From NCBI GenBank assembly GCA_046563655.1, contig CM102285.1, positions 4,092,001 to 4,156,000 on the forward strand: a stretch of DNA of 64,000 bases, read 5' to 3'. This DNA comes from Yuukianura sp. NJ FZ-2021. Its lineage: Eukaryota. Positions within the stretch are counted from its first letter, which is position 1. Every line of letters starts with the position of its first letter. The translations under genes and the position numbers were made by a program. The notes below the pieces were generated by a model that was not told the DNA's origin, did not search any database, and saw nothing but the letters and a program-made list of their open reading frames with translations. Below, piece by piece: positions 1 to 12,972 of the stretch.

Positions 1-1211
1 CTATAGGTACTTGGATGCGTAAATTTTGCTTGACAAAACGGACATTGATGTTCCTTGTATCCGCTGTGAGTTCGTTTGTGATAGACGAGAGAATTCTTAT
101 GACGAAGTTTCCTAAAGCAAATGTCGCACTCGAACGTCCGTCTTTTTATTCCATGTGTTTCCAAATGACTTTTGAGCCCTCCAACTGTAGTAGCTGAATA
201 TGGGCAATGTGGACATTGCAGAATCGTCTCACCGACGTGTCGCCTTATGTGTGAATCCAATCTCTACACAAAATGTAAAAACTGTGTTTAAACATCAACA
301 GAAACTTTTTCGCTTAAAAAATTCACTTCAGTTCCTAATTTTAAATTCTGGAACTAAATGTTCTTATTCTTTACTAGCGACTAAAACTTGTAGAACTAAA
401 TTCTAACCTGCTCAATGAGACTCTTATAGTCGCAGTAAGGGCAGTGAAATTTTTTTTTCAAATGGCGTCTGCTGTGGAGTGTGAGGCCGCCTTTAGTAGT
501 AAACGTTTTATCACACACTTCGCACTTAAACGCTCTCTCCTTTGTATGAATAGTCATATGAATCTGGAGTGATTTAGAACTGTGTGCAGCATGTGGACAT
601 AGGGTACACATGAACCTGCTTCTGCCAGTGTGAAGTCTGACGTGTCCCTTAAGGTTATGCTTGGTGTTGAATACTTTTGGACAGTGATTACAACGAAACA
701 TTTCACGTGTGTGCTTTTCGCGTCGGTGGGCATCAAGGTATGCCGATTGCCTGAAACTTTCTGGGCATTCAGCGCAGACAAACGGTTTCTCGCCTGTGTG
801 AATTCTCATATGCGTTGTTAGACTGCACTTGTAGCTAAACAACTTGTAGCAAATGGTACACTCAAACTCTAGTGGTAACGGGCCCGTGTGTCTTCGTACG
901 TGCAGAGGAAGATATTTCGCCCTGAAGAGTTTCCCACATTCTGGACAAGGCTTCATGTCCGCCTTTGAATGTGTCAATAAGTGACTGGTGACTCCATTCT
1001 TCTGTCCAAACCTTTTGGGACATTGAGGGCATTGGTATGGCAATTCAGTGCTGTGTACTACCCGGATGTGACTTGTCAAAATAGTCCTCAGTTTAAACTT
1101 TTTTGGGCATAATGTACACGTAAATGGCCTCTCTGTTGAATGTACCGCCAAGTGAGACTTCAAATACTTTTTACTTTTTAACTCTTTTCCGCAATCCTGG
1201 AATGTTGCCAT
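1..1211 (-). CDS. Tandem C2H2 zinc-finger protein (>=12 fingers), runs off the left edge of the window
   Basis: ORF 396..1211 has repeated CxxC...HxxxH units with TGEKP-like linkers. A phase-0 intron (407-264) completes the finger CPYCDYKSLIEQ|RLDSHIRRH, and exon 263..1 encodes further fingers (CPHC, CDIC, CPFC). The first finger lacks its first Cys, so the true 5' end is uncertain. Confidence 0.9.
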
Positions 1212-2082
1212 TTTTCATACCTGTGAAAGTAATATAGTTGAAAAAGTGCAAACACGGAATAAAATATTTATAATATTTATAATACAAATACAATGCAAGT
1301 ACTAAATTTGCTAAATCGCAATTAGTGGTTGATAATTCAATAGCTTGCTTCAAAACAAATTCGCTTAATAATAATGAAGAATTTTTTACAAACCCAAATT
1401 AGTAAATAGTTTTAGTTTGTTTGGTTTCTCAATCTCTTTTTCACAACAATGCACTCAATTCAAAAAACAAATCGCAACAGCACAAAGTATTAAAGTAATT
1501 TTCTTTCTTTTTATTCATATTATATTCGTGCGAAGCATCAACTAAATATAGTAGGCAGATTGGTTCCCTCCCAATGTTTCAAAATTGTTTAAATAAACCG
1601 GCACTAAACCGGAGTGTTCAAAAGTAGCGAACGATGGCGATGCGTTGTCGATGCTCACGCAGATACATAGTTGAGAAATAATGCACTTGAATGGCAAAAG
1701 GGCGAATAGCTGGCCTGTGACCGAGAAAGAGGTCAGGTAGGGTCACGTGGAGTACATAAATATTTGTCTCGGTGAAATTAACAACTTTTGTGCAAGTCAT
1801 TTTCCCCGCATCTGGTTGACGATGACCTATGACCCAAGAGGGAGTTGATCCACAGGGATGATATTCAATGGTATGGACATCTTGGTGTTGAGCAGTCATC
1901 CCTAAAATTTTGACGCGTTTCCGAGAAAATTGCCGCTGACAGACGGCCAGCCAGACAGACAAACAAGGTCAACGCATAAAGTAGCTTTCGCTACTTAGTA
2001 ACGCAGACGAATCCAAACAAACCAAAATGCAAGTTAAGTGAGGGTAACAAAAATAGAGGCTCCACTCCAAGGACGAGGACTC

Positions 2083-2110
2083 CTTATAGCAAGTACCGTT
2101 ACTTATAGCA
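2083..2110 (+). promoter_or_regulatory. Invariant 28-bp motif CTTATAGCAAGTACCGTTACTTATAGCA upstream of each ZAD-piggyBac gene
   Basis: Identical at 2083-2110, 18115-18142 and 23292-23319, about 120 bp before each ATG, while the flanks carry many substitutions. It is a direct repeat of CTTATAGCA around an AAGTA/TACTT dyad. Confidence 0.55.
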
Positions 2111-2233
2111 AACTTGTTTATCATAAAACGAGAGCAGAACTGGAGTAGAGTTACTTTGTGTGAATTAGTTTCAAGTTTCAAAATTATTTTACAAAAAAAA
2201 ATAGTTTGTTTACAGTAACAACAGTTAATTAGG

Positions 2234-5200
2234 ATGTCACTTTTAAGTCATCAAATGGTTTCCAATTCATATTTACCGAATGGAGTTCATTCCAATTTTG
2301 TTAACAGTGTTCAATTGTGTTTTACGTGCACACAAGTAAGAGCACCACTGGATTCTACTTCTTTGGTTCTGGAATTGCAGAGTTTAGATAGCAACACGGA
2401 GGCGAAATTGAACATTGTGGAGGTCATTTGTCAATTACTAAGAGTGAATTGTGGGTCACTTAAATCCCTGGTTCGGGAATATGACAACCTTCCATTTTGC
2501 GCATCCTGTCTCAAAGTCATCACGGAAATCATCATTTTTAGAGAGAAACTGTTTCAAATCGAAGCAAAAATTCGAAACAAACTGAGTACACTTGAAATGT
2601 TTGTAGCTGAATGTTTTCAGATTTCTGAAAACAAAACTAAGGAAAACATTCACGAAGAATCTGCATTTAACTACAATGACCTCAGAAGCACATTCCAAAA
2701 GAAAGTGATGAAAGGTGAGGATTGATAACAAAAGTATTTATTAGTATAAGTTTCCTATCTTTTGCAAAACACATTTCGAAGTGCGCATTTTTAAAAAGTC
2801 ATCAAAATTTTGTCTGTTTAGAGTTCTTGAATAAAGAGTTACTGCAGCGGAAAATCCTAGAAATGAATCAGACTACAAATGTATTCATTACGGAAACCAT
2901 GCCTTCGATAGTTCAATTGAGTTTGGACAAAAATATTTTTTCAATCGTGGACTGGAAGCCGTCTATGCAGGTCAGCACAAGCACAATTGAGTTTCCAATT
3001 CTGCTGGCAATGACTGATGCATCAACTGATACTAAAGATTTGGAAACGTCGGAAGAAAAATTTAAAGTGGTCAGAGATGCTAAGTTCGGCGGTTTTGAAA
3101 ATGATGATGATGATGATGAGAAGCCTCCCGTTCTTGAAGTAGAAGGGTACTGTGCAACCATTCAAATTTCGGATGCTGAAGAAAACTTTAGCCTTGTTCC
3201 TGTCGGGGCGGAAGTAAATGTCAGCGACGACAGCGACTACGGTTCGCCAAGGTATTGGCTACATGATTACATTGCACAATTTCATTTAAAAAAATACATT
3301 AAAGAAAATCCTTCAGGAACATAATTTGCATTTAGCAAAAAGCCAAAAACCGAGGTAACAACAATGAATGAACGCCCTCAGCCTATGAAAAAACACAGAC
3401 GCGGAAAAGCAGTTCTTGTAGTAAAGAAAAAACTCTTTACTAAAGAAACGAAAAACAAAAAATCATGTTTCATCAAGACTTCCGAAGTATGCTGGAAGGA
3501 TATACTGGTCAAAAATACAAAGGTGAATCCTGTTGCCACTAACACTTCAGAAAAGCAAAAGACACCGAAATCAATGAGTAAGTATTTCAATTGTCAATTA
3601 AAATGTTCGAAAAAAAATTCAAAGTTCCATCTCTACAAAGATTTTGCCTTCTGAATAACAAACGGACTGTAGTGGGAATGGCATAATTTTTACAAAGCTA
3701 AATGCAACAAGGCTTATGCACTGCATACTTCATTGTATTGATTTGATTAATATTAAAAAAATGTGTACAGACTTATGTTTACGCATTTTTTCAAAGTACA
3801 AGAAAATGTTGTAAGAAAAATGAAAATTTCAGTAACACAATTTTTTTTTTTAAATTTTTAGTTGGGGATTCCGGTGAGGAATGCGAGGATGATGAAGAGG
3901 AATGCTCTGATTGGTTGATGGAGAAACAGGATTTATCCGAATCCTCATCAATTGACAGCGATCGTGAAGAACCAGAACCGCAAGAACGTGATGAAAAAAA
4001 TGATCATGCTCAAGACAAGCCCGAGGACACGGCACAAGTTCCTATTTCAGAAATTTGCAAGAGACTGCCAACTTCGGATATTTACAAAAAGCACGAATTC
4101 AAACCAAAACATTCTCTCCATTCTACTCCAGACCAAAACAAGCCAACATACGTTAGGCTCGTTCAGCAAGAGGCAGCATTTACTGCTAAAGACAAAACAG
4201 TTTGGACTACAAAGGAACCCAACCAGCAAAGGAGAATAAGGGCGCATGAAATTCTAAAAGAAAATGGCGGCTTAGAGGGTCCTGCGCAGGACAGCAGCTT
4301 GAGTCCAACACAGCTCTTTAAACTCATGTTCCCACCGGCCATTGTAGAAACTATTGTCAAACACACCAACTCTTACGCTACACACATACACATTAAGAAT
4401 CCAAAGAAAAATAAGCTGGGTGATGTCATAAAGTGGTCTCCGGTTACGGTAGAAGAAATTTATGCTTACATTGGAATCCTACTCTACTTAGGAGTTGAGA
4501 AGAAACGGTAAGATGAAACGGTATTTTGTTTCTCATAAAAAATACTTCCGGTGTTAAAAATGTCTTACGTTTCTAAAACACATATCAACGCTTTTGTTTT
4601 TAAGAAACGGTAAGATAAAAAACGTTGATGCTTTTCTTTTTAAAATTGGCATATTTTCTAAAAGCCTTACGTTTACACAACACACATCAAACGTGTTTTC
4701 CCTATTTTTTTTTCAGTAATACGAAATATGACGAGGTGTGGGCGTTGGAAGAACGATATGCCATTCCTGTCATTGTGGCTACCATGGGCAGAGACAGGTT
4801 TGGAAGAATTCAAAGCTTCTTGAGATTTGATGACAAAGTAGCACGCATGACCTCGTCTAACGAAACGGAAATCGAAAATGACTTGGACTCCAAGTTCCGT
4901 TATGTTGCAGAAATATTTGAGCCATTTGTGGAAAATATGCAAACACACTTGCGACCCTACGACACACTCATTGTGGATGAAATGCTTGTGAAATTTCGAG
5001 GGAGTGCCAAATTTCGAGTTTACATGAAATCCAAACCTGGAAAGTAAGCAATATACCAGTCGGTAGTCAGTTAGTAGTAAATAGTTGATTGCAATAAATA
5101 AGGTAACGATTAATATTTTGCTCTAAAGGTATGGAATTAAGTTCTGGGCTGTTTGCGACGTGGAGACAGGCTACATTTTGAAAATTGCTCTTTACGAGGG

Positions 5201-6438
5201 GAAAGTTGGCGACCAAGTGGAGAGGGAGCATGGAAAGAAAGTCGTTTTGAATATGGTTAAGAAATACTTTGGTTCTGGGCGCGGAGTGACAATGGACAAT
5301 TTCTTTACGTCCAAGGCCTTGGGCGAAGAACTGATTAAGCAGAAGATGTCAATGCTTGGAACGCTCAATCACAATCGAATGGATGTGATTCCACAGTTTG
5401 TGGATCCCAAAGGAAGAGAACTCGAATCATCAGTTTTTGCATTTCAAGGAGATTTTACAATGGTAAGGCGTTATATTCTTGGCGTAGTTAGGTTTAGGTT
5501 AGGTTTTTGCAAATTATAATTTACTATTACAATTTTTGTAGGTTTTATTTATTTATTTATTTATTTTTTTTGTAGATTTCTGCAAATATTGGCTTTCTTA
5601 TTATTCTCAATTTTAAAACTTTTGTATTTTGGATTTTTCATACAAGAATGTTTTCTAGGTTTCCTACGTTCCAAAAAAGAACAGAACCGTATTGCTCCTG
5701 TCAACGCAGCATCATTCCACACAGATCGATCCAGAGCGTAAAAATAAACCTAGGATGATCCTTGACTATAACAGTACAAAAGGAGGTGTGGATACTGCCG
5801 ATCAAATGATAGCAATGTATTCCTGCCAGAGAAGCACTCAAAGGTAAAATATATAACTCGATATAATTTAGAGTTGAAGTTGAAGCTTAAGTTAAAATGA
5901 AGCGAAGGAACAACTGCAATTCAAACATGCTCTTAGGTGGCCAGTGAAAGTTTTCCAATCCCTTCTGGACATTGCTGCCTTCAACGCGTACGTGATCCAC
6001 AAACGTCACAAGAGTTCGGCCGACGTCAAAACCCCCAGTAGTTGTAACTTGCGTAAAACGTTCTTGAGGAACCTTTCGGAGGGACTTATGAAACCTTTAA
6101 TTTCAACAAGACTTCAAAGGTTTCCGTCGAGCCAATCGTATGTCCGAAGAGCCATTGCGAAATTAGGTTTTGCTTTCGAATCCGGAGAACCGGCGACAGT
6201 GAACGACGTCGTCGATATAGTCCCACAAGGAGGTCCGCAGACCCGTTGTCACTTTTGTGTAGGACGAAGGTCACGAGCACGGCGTAGGTGCACTGGTTGC
6301 AAAATGGGGCTTTGTGCAAAGTGTGGAGTAAAAAGTTTTCATTGTTCAAAGTGTTACAAACAAATATTTATATCACCACGACCGACCACGAAAAATGTAT
6401 TTCGACCAGAAGTAAGAAGGGACTATTCTAAGCATTGA
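2234..6438 (+). CDS. ZAD-like domain / piggyBac transposase-derived (PGBD-like) fusion protein, copy 1, 8 exons
   Basis: Exons 2234-2714, 2822-3251, 3336-3577, 3862-4507, 4717-5043, 5129-5462, 5659-5843, 5937-6438 splice in frame with GT-AG. N-terminal CFTC...FCASC zinc domain, acidic/basic linker, piggyBac motifs VDEM, KPGKYGIK, MDNFFTS, YNSTKGGVDTADQM, RWP, and a C-terminal Cys-rich domain. Confidence 0.88.
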
Positions 6439-6949
6439 ATTGAATTCATTTGTTCCGTTAGACATTTATATATTTGCATATTAAAATTTGTGTAGGTAAT
6501 TCCGAAAGTTTTGTTTTCTAACGTATCGGTATGTAATAAGCAAAATAAAGTCTTCGACAATGCTAAGCAATGTGTACGTTCCAAATACGTTGTAGAGTTC
6601 GAGACAAACATTGCTAAATTTGGCTCCTGTGAGATGGGACTTCCAACTGCGGCGTAATTTCATTTGCGTTAACAACTGAAACTACCACCGAATTTTTTTT
6701 ATATGTATGTAGAAAATGATTGCAATTTTGAAATTGAAAAAGTTTGCGGAAGTCCTACCGCAAACTCGCGAAGTTTGTATAGTTGAGATAAAAATCTCAA
6801 TTAGCTCAGGTTTTTACGCTGATTCCGAATCTGCAATTGGTTTTGAGCGTTGTCGTCGCGTTCGATCATATTTTTATTTTTGAATAATTAAAATACGAAT
6901 GTGTGTGACTTTTTGGGTTCCCTCTCTATACGGCAAATACGAGTTGAGA

Positions 6950-8930
6950 CAGTAAATAGGAGTTGAATTGACAAAACGGACATTGATGTTCCTTGTATCC
7001 GCTGTGAGTTCTTTTGTGATAGACAAGAGACTGCTTATGACGAAGTTTGCTAAAGCAAATGTCACACTCAAACGTCCGTTTTTGTATTCCATGTGTTTCC
7101 AAATGACTTTAGAGCTCTCCTACTGTAGTAACTGAATATGGACAGTGCACACATTGCAGAATGGTCTCACCGACGTGTAGCCTCATGTGTGGATTCAATC
7201 TCTATACAAAATATAGGAACTCCGTAATAATTTCATGTAAGATTTCAGTATTCTTAACAACTTTCAGAACTTTTGGATTCTTTTACTCGTGAGTCAAAAA
7301 TTTAGAACTAGCTTCTAACCTGCTCAATGAGACACTTGTAGTCGCAGAATGGACAGTGAAACTTTTTTTTTCAAATGGCGTCTGCCGTGGAGTGTGAGTC
7401 CGCCTTTAGCAGAAAACGTTTTATCACACACCTCGCCCTGAAACGCTCTCTCCTTTGTATGAATAGTTATATGTATCTGGAGTGACTTTGAACTGTGTGC
7501 AGCATGTGAACACAGGGTACACATAAACCTGCTTATGCCAGTGTGAAGTCTGACGTGTCCCTTAAGGTTGTTCTTGGTGTTGAATACTTTTGGACAGTGA
7601 TTGCAACGAAACATTTCATTTGTGTGCTTTTCGCGTCGGTGGGCATCAAGGTATGCTGATTGCCGGAAACTTTCTGGACACTCAGAGCAGGCAAAGGGTT
7701 TCTCGCCGGTGTTAATTCTCATGTGCGTTGTTAAACTGCACTTGTAGCTAAACAACAATGGTGCACTCGGGTCGCAAACTCGATTCTGGAGACGGACTCG
7801 AACTCGAGTACCCGTCCATTTTTTTGGGACACGAGACTCTGTCTTCGACTTTTCAAACTCTAGTCTCACTTCAAAATGGAACTAAATTGAGGTGCTAGTT
7901 TTGCTTATTCTGTTGTTTTATATAACGCGGTAAATTGGCCATTTAAAAAAATCGAATACGGTTGAATAAGGGTAGCGATCAAAAACGTTCCTTTTTCACT
8001 TGTTGTCTGAAACACACTTAAAACTCATTCTAAACACTCTGCAGCACGGAACGAGCCAAAAACAAATTTTTTTTTGACAGTTTAGAATTTCACAAAAAAA
8101 ATCCCATCTCTTCGAGAAACTTCATTTTACCAAGCTTGAAAAAAATTCTTTCTTTTCACGTGTCACGCTGCTTCAAGCCATTTCCAGTCGTTTTCCACAA
8201 ATTTCATTTTTTGGTGTGAAGGCCAAGGGTGCCACTCCCTTCTTTGTATGTTTTTGGACTTGACTTTTTTAACTTTTTGGAAATGAACGGGGGACTCGTC
8301 ATATTTGCATGACAATGCAAGCATGGGTTTAGGTCAAAGGTTAGCTTGGATGGCTTGACCTTAACAAGTGTTCGGATGAGAATTCTAAATGGTGGATAGA
8401 ACGGTTGAACGTGTCTTGGGCGAAGCCCCAGCAAGAATGCGAAGCATTCTAGTATAATCTACAGTGATTCCATTCTCTTTAATTCCTAGAGTAGAGAGAG
8501 AATTTAAAGTTCAAAGTGAGACTCGAGTATAGACTCGTGGCCCAAATTCTAGACTCGAGACACGCTTCTCAAAAACCGAACGAGTCTGCGACACTGCGAC
8601 CCCTCAAACTCTAGTGGTAACGGACACATGTGTCTTCGTACGTGCAGAGGAAGATATTTCGCCCTGAAGAGTTTCCCACACTCTTGACAAGGTTTCATGT
8701 CAGCCTTTGTATGCGTCAATAAGTGGCTGGTGACTCCATCCTTGCGTCCAAACCTTTTGGGATATTAAGGGCATGGGTATGGTAATTCAGTGCTGTGCAC
8801 TACCCGGATGTGGATGTGACTTGTCAATATAGTCCTCGGTTTAAACTTTTTTGGGCATGATGTACACACGAATGCCTCTCTGTTGAATGTATCGCCAAGT
8901 GAGACTTCAAATACTTTTTGCCTTTTAGCC
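6950..8930 (-). pseudogene. Degenerate duplicate of the C2H2 zinc-finger gene
   Basis: Collinear with 30-1180 (e.g. YKCSLTTHMR.TGEKPF.C.ECPESFRQSAYLDAHRREKH) but has frameshifts, loss of Cys codons and an 834-bp insertion at 7769-8602. Confidence 0.88.
7769..8602. mobile_element. Non-autonomous DNA element (MITE-like) inserted in the ZNF pseudogene
   Basis: Ends GGGTCGCA...TGCGACCC flanked by a CTC duplication. The paralog shows the empty site (ACACTCAAACTC at ~858). ACTCGAG-rich subterminal repeats occur at both ends. Confidence 0.75.
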
Positions 8931-9139
8931 GTATATGGAAAGTATATCTTCTTTTTTTATTCGTGCGAAACAAATTTTTGAAAAGATTTGGGGAGAAAAT
9001 TGTAATCTCTCCGCTTCCATGTGAATGGTTATAAAAATTGTTTAAAGAAACCGGAATTTGCAGAAGTAGCAAACGATGGAGCTTCATTGCCTAAGCTCAC
9101 TCGGACACATAGTTGAGCAATAAATGCACTTGGAAAAGG

Positions 9140-11417
9140 CTAATAGTTGACCTGTGGCGGAAAGAGGTCAACTGGGGTCACGATTCGCAATAATAAAGCA
9201 TATGTATTAACATTTTGACAATTTTCAATAACAAATGCTATTATACAAATGATAAAACAGAAACCAAATGCTGTTAACGCTGATTGAAACAAGTTACTCT
9301 TAGCGTCAATCGGTTGTGGTCCAACTCTCTGCGTTTTAAGCAGTGCTCTTCGACTTTTAATTTTTGCCGCCAGTCCCTCCAACTCTACACTTTTATGGAA
9401 GACTCCAGAACTGAACATTGAATGAAACCTTTGGTACAGAATCATCAGTCGGTCCCACTGCGTATTTTCTACACTGAACGCTCTATCTTCCCTGTGAAAT
9501 TTATCTGTTCCGTAGTATAGCTTAGCAGATGACTCCGACACTTTGCTGGCCATCCTTGCAAACCAGTTATCCAGTTTTTTTGGAATGTCAGCAACTAACG
9601 TTTTGTCACATTTTAAAAGTTCCCGCTCTAATGAAATGTTTAAGTCGTTCAAATGCGGCTGCTTGTCTGATATTCCAAGGCATTTGGTTTGTCGATACAT
9701 GCCCGGCGGTATGGTGAATCCACCACTGTTGTAATTGTAATCGGTTTCATATTCGAGAGCAAGCAAAAAGTTAATATCTGAATACATGTTGCATACGATA
9801 TGTAAACGTCTCGGCTCAAAAAGGCGGTGAGTGCCATCGGGGTCTGCTAAAAAGAAAATCAACTTAAAATGCATTCTTCCAAAAATATTTTTGAAAGCAT
9901 ATTTTTTTTGAAATTTTTTGAAACTGAGCTAGGCCTTTATACAATATATGGTATACTAATGTTGGTGTCTACTTTTTGCTGAACAACACGTTAGAAAGAT
10001 TGTAGGCGACAAGCGGGCATATTGTATATGCCCAATAATAATAATTATGACTTACTTGAAAGTTGTTCTTTAACGAAGTCATTGTCCAAGTCCAGTGGGA
10101 TAAGGAATGTATAGTTTTGGTTAACTGCGTCCCTAATCATTTGGAGTCCAGTGCCCGGAGTGGGAGCAGTCAAATTTGAAGTAACACGCCCTCTGTACAA
10201 CGTCGTCAAAACTAAAGATATGAAAACCAGTGTTCCCGCCACTGTTTTGAATCCGGTAATGTTCATCGCCTTTTTCGAAATCTCAATGCCTTGCTCTGCA
10301 ATAATTCTCGAAAAAAAAGAACCGCGCTGTCGTTGATTTTAGAATGACGAAGAAGTACCAAAATGAAGGCTGTTGCAACAGTGAAGCAAGAAATTGTTGC
10401 AATCCAGACTACAATAATTGCGTAGGGTGAAGAAAGGTAAGCAATATTGAGGTAAAACGTCATTCCGTCACAAGTCATAAAGTTATACCATACGTTTTTG
10501 ACAATGAAAACGTATGTGTCCTGGGCTTGTTCAAGTAACCCGTATTGTGACAGAGAGTACGCAAAATCAGGCAGAAGCGTTACGTCTATCTTATGCCTAA
10601 CTTTTTTCTTACTAAGCACAGCTTTAGTAAAGTTGGCATACTTTGAAATCGTCGTTGGTCTAATTAGATGCCATATAACATACATTTCGGAGTACGGTTT
10701 CATTGGTTTCCCACGAAACATATCTTCGTCCATTTCATCAAATTGAAACAAATTGGGAGCATATTGCCTTTCAATTACCCATTGCATAGGCCATATGTGC
10801 ATAATAAGTTGGCCATAGAAATTATCCAAAAATACTTTGGACAGAGATCGTTTACCTCCACTATGTGACAATTTGTATCTAAATCGATTCTCCATCTGAA
10901 CTGTAAGCAGAGACATATTGTGACTAGTCTGCTCCAACGTATAAGTCGGTATATTTTTGAACATTAATGTAAAGACTTTGAACCTGTGTGTTGTACCAGG
11001 ACGTAGGACTATGACGTAATAGGTGTATCGACCGTAGCAAATGTGACGAAGCGCTTCGTCTTGGTAACACGATACTAGCCTTTCGTACGAATCATGATTT
11101 AGTCCACCGGGTTTTGTAGTCGGTGGGTAAATGTCCACTATGACGTAGCAATGAAGTTTTAAAAGTGGCCAATATTTAAGCAAATCCAGGGGCTGTACTC
11201 TAACGTCTTCGTCTATTGTGTTTGCGGTAAATGGGTGGCCTACCGTGTATATAGAAACAGGAGACGGAATGTTACCATAACTCTCCAAGTTCAAACCGGA
11301 ATCCAAAATGTCTATTTGACAGTTAGGAAATGCGGTAGTATCAATGCCTAGTGGTGCTCGGCCATACGCAGTGTTTAATAAGGAAAGGAACCATAAGTAC
11401 AACAGTGTAAGTGACAT
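9140..11417 (-). CDS. Divergent ionotropic-receptor-like chemoreceptor, paralog 1 (one frameshift)
   Basis: Signal peptide MSLTLLYLWFLSLLNTAYG; YNFMTCD, SSPY..VW, ..EQG, LTTLYRGRVTSNLTAP and a final TM. Exons 11417-10056 and 9846-9140. One base is missing in the A8 run at 10311-10318 relative to paralog 2. Confidence 0.7.
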
Positions 11418-12004
11418 TTCAAAGATTCTGATGTTTTTTAAGGTGACCGAGTCGTTTACTATTCTCAACTGACCGTATAGAAAAGGAGGTATTAAGATAA
11501 AAATTACTAGAACCATCTCCTTATTTTGTAAACTGCTCATTTTGCAGCAATTTAGTAGTACAGACATCCCTTGAAGGATGAATTTCCTGAGATAATTTGT
11601 TATGTTTGATTCAACTGTTTGAGTTTGCACGCGACTATACAAAATTTCTTGTTGTGTAGAAAGTTTCTACTAGAAACTCAATTTTCGTATTTCTTCAGTG
11701 CACCTAGGAGTTGAACTTAGTAGTTTTAAGTTGTTTTTTAAGGAGCGTAGCTTTCAAAGTAATGTGGGCATAATCTCCGGCATGCACATAAAATTAGTTC
11801 AACCACTTTGTCATGCTACCACACCACACATCAACTTGATATGTCTTGATTTCATTATGTATCATTTGTTACCTCTGGATAATTTCTCAAAAAAATGAGT
11901 GCCATAGAAAACATATCATAATAAATGATGAACATAATAAAATATTATAATCTGTAAAGCATTAAAATATCCACAAAGGTCAAGTTGTAATCATTAGCTA
12001 TCAC

Positions 12005-12972
12005 CAGACCTGCCAGAAATATTTCTTATCAATTTTTTCAATATTTTCAATATTTCCGGATTTTTAGTAAATACCAAATATTTAAGTTTAAATCAATATT
12101 TAACTCAATATTTGCGGCTTTTTTGAGATTTTAATTAAAACCTAGACTAAAAGCAGAAATCTGGCACATATTGACTTTAAATGACACCGAAACACCGATG
12201 TGATAGGAATTTTTTTGTCATTACCCGGGGGAAAACAAGGTAGTGTATGATTTGCTTGTTTTTTTAAGCTCAGAGTCTACTCACGATGGGGCTTTCGTGA
12301 GGTATTTGTTGCTGCTGAAATTCAATTCCAAAAGTACATAATACAAATGCAGCTAAAAATTGCATTATGTATTATTAACAGTATCTTTGGAAAACGTATT
12401 TAGTCTATGCATATGAATAAACACAGAAAACTTAGTCAGGATGACACTCGCATACGCAAATGAAGACATGGAATTAGAAATGGGAAATTGAGGAAAGGAA
12501 ATTGAGGAAAGGAACGGTAGCACGCCATTGTATCAATTGAATTGTATCAACTGCCATTGCATCAACTGAATTGTGTCAATTTGAATTGTATCAACTGGCC
12601 AATTGTATCAACGACTAATTGTATCAACGAGTGTAATGCTTAATTTAGCTTAGGTTAGGTTAGGTTACGTTGGTTGATACAAGTAGCCGTTGACACAATT
12701 GAGCGTTGATACAATTCAAATTGACACAATTCAGTTGATGCAATGGCAGTTGATACAATTCAATTGACACAATGGCATGGAACCAACTGAACTGCGTTGT
12801 GTACTACAAACTATTTTTCTTCACCGAATAGTGTTAGACTACGTAATTTGCTTCATTTTTTCAACAAATTATCTAAAAGTTGGTCAATATTTACGTCAAT
12901 ATTTCAGCAGTTTTGAGTCAATATTTCAATAAATATTCTTTAGGTTTTTAGAAAATATTTTTGGCAGGTCTG
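12005..12972. mobile_element. hAT-type MITE
   Basis: TIR CAGACCTGCCA...TGGCAGGTCTG, perfect 8-bp TSD GCTATCAC (11997-12004 and 12973-12980), CAATATTT subterminal repeats. Confidence 0.9.
12515..12785. mobile_element. Foldback/palindromic element with a (TTAGG)n core, nested in the hAT MITE
   Basis: Arms of ATTGTATCAA repeats are near-perfect reverse complements over ~70 bp and more loosely beyond. The centre reads TTAGGTTAGGTTAGGTT. Confidence 0.75.

Noticed and set aside
2234-6700. Autonomous piggyBac transposon
   Set aside because: No TTAA-flanked CCC...GGG terminal repeats were found by eye; the copies are tandem, multi-intron and share host-like upstream exons.
6620-6745. Segment similar to 42620-42745 (TTGCGTTAACA.CTGAAACTA.CACCGA)
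   Set aside because: Looks like an ordinary dispersed repeat fragment with no definable ends.
12515-12785. CRISPR-like short repeats
   Set aside because: The repeats are arranged as inverted arms without unique spacers, there are no cas genes, and the context is eukaryotic.
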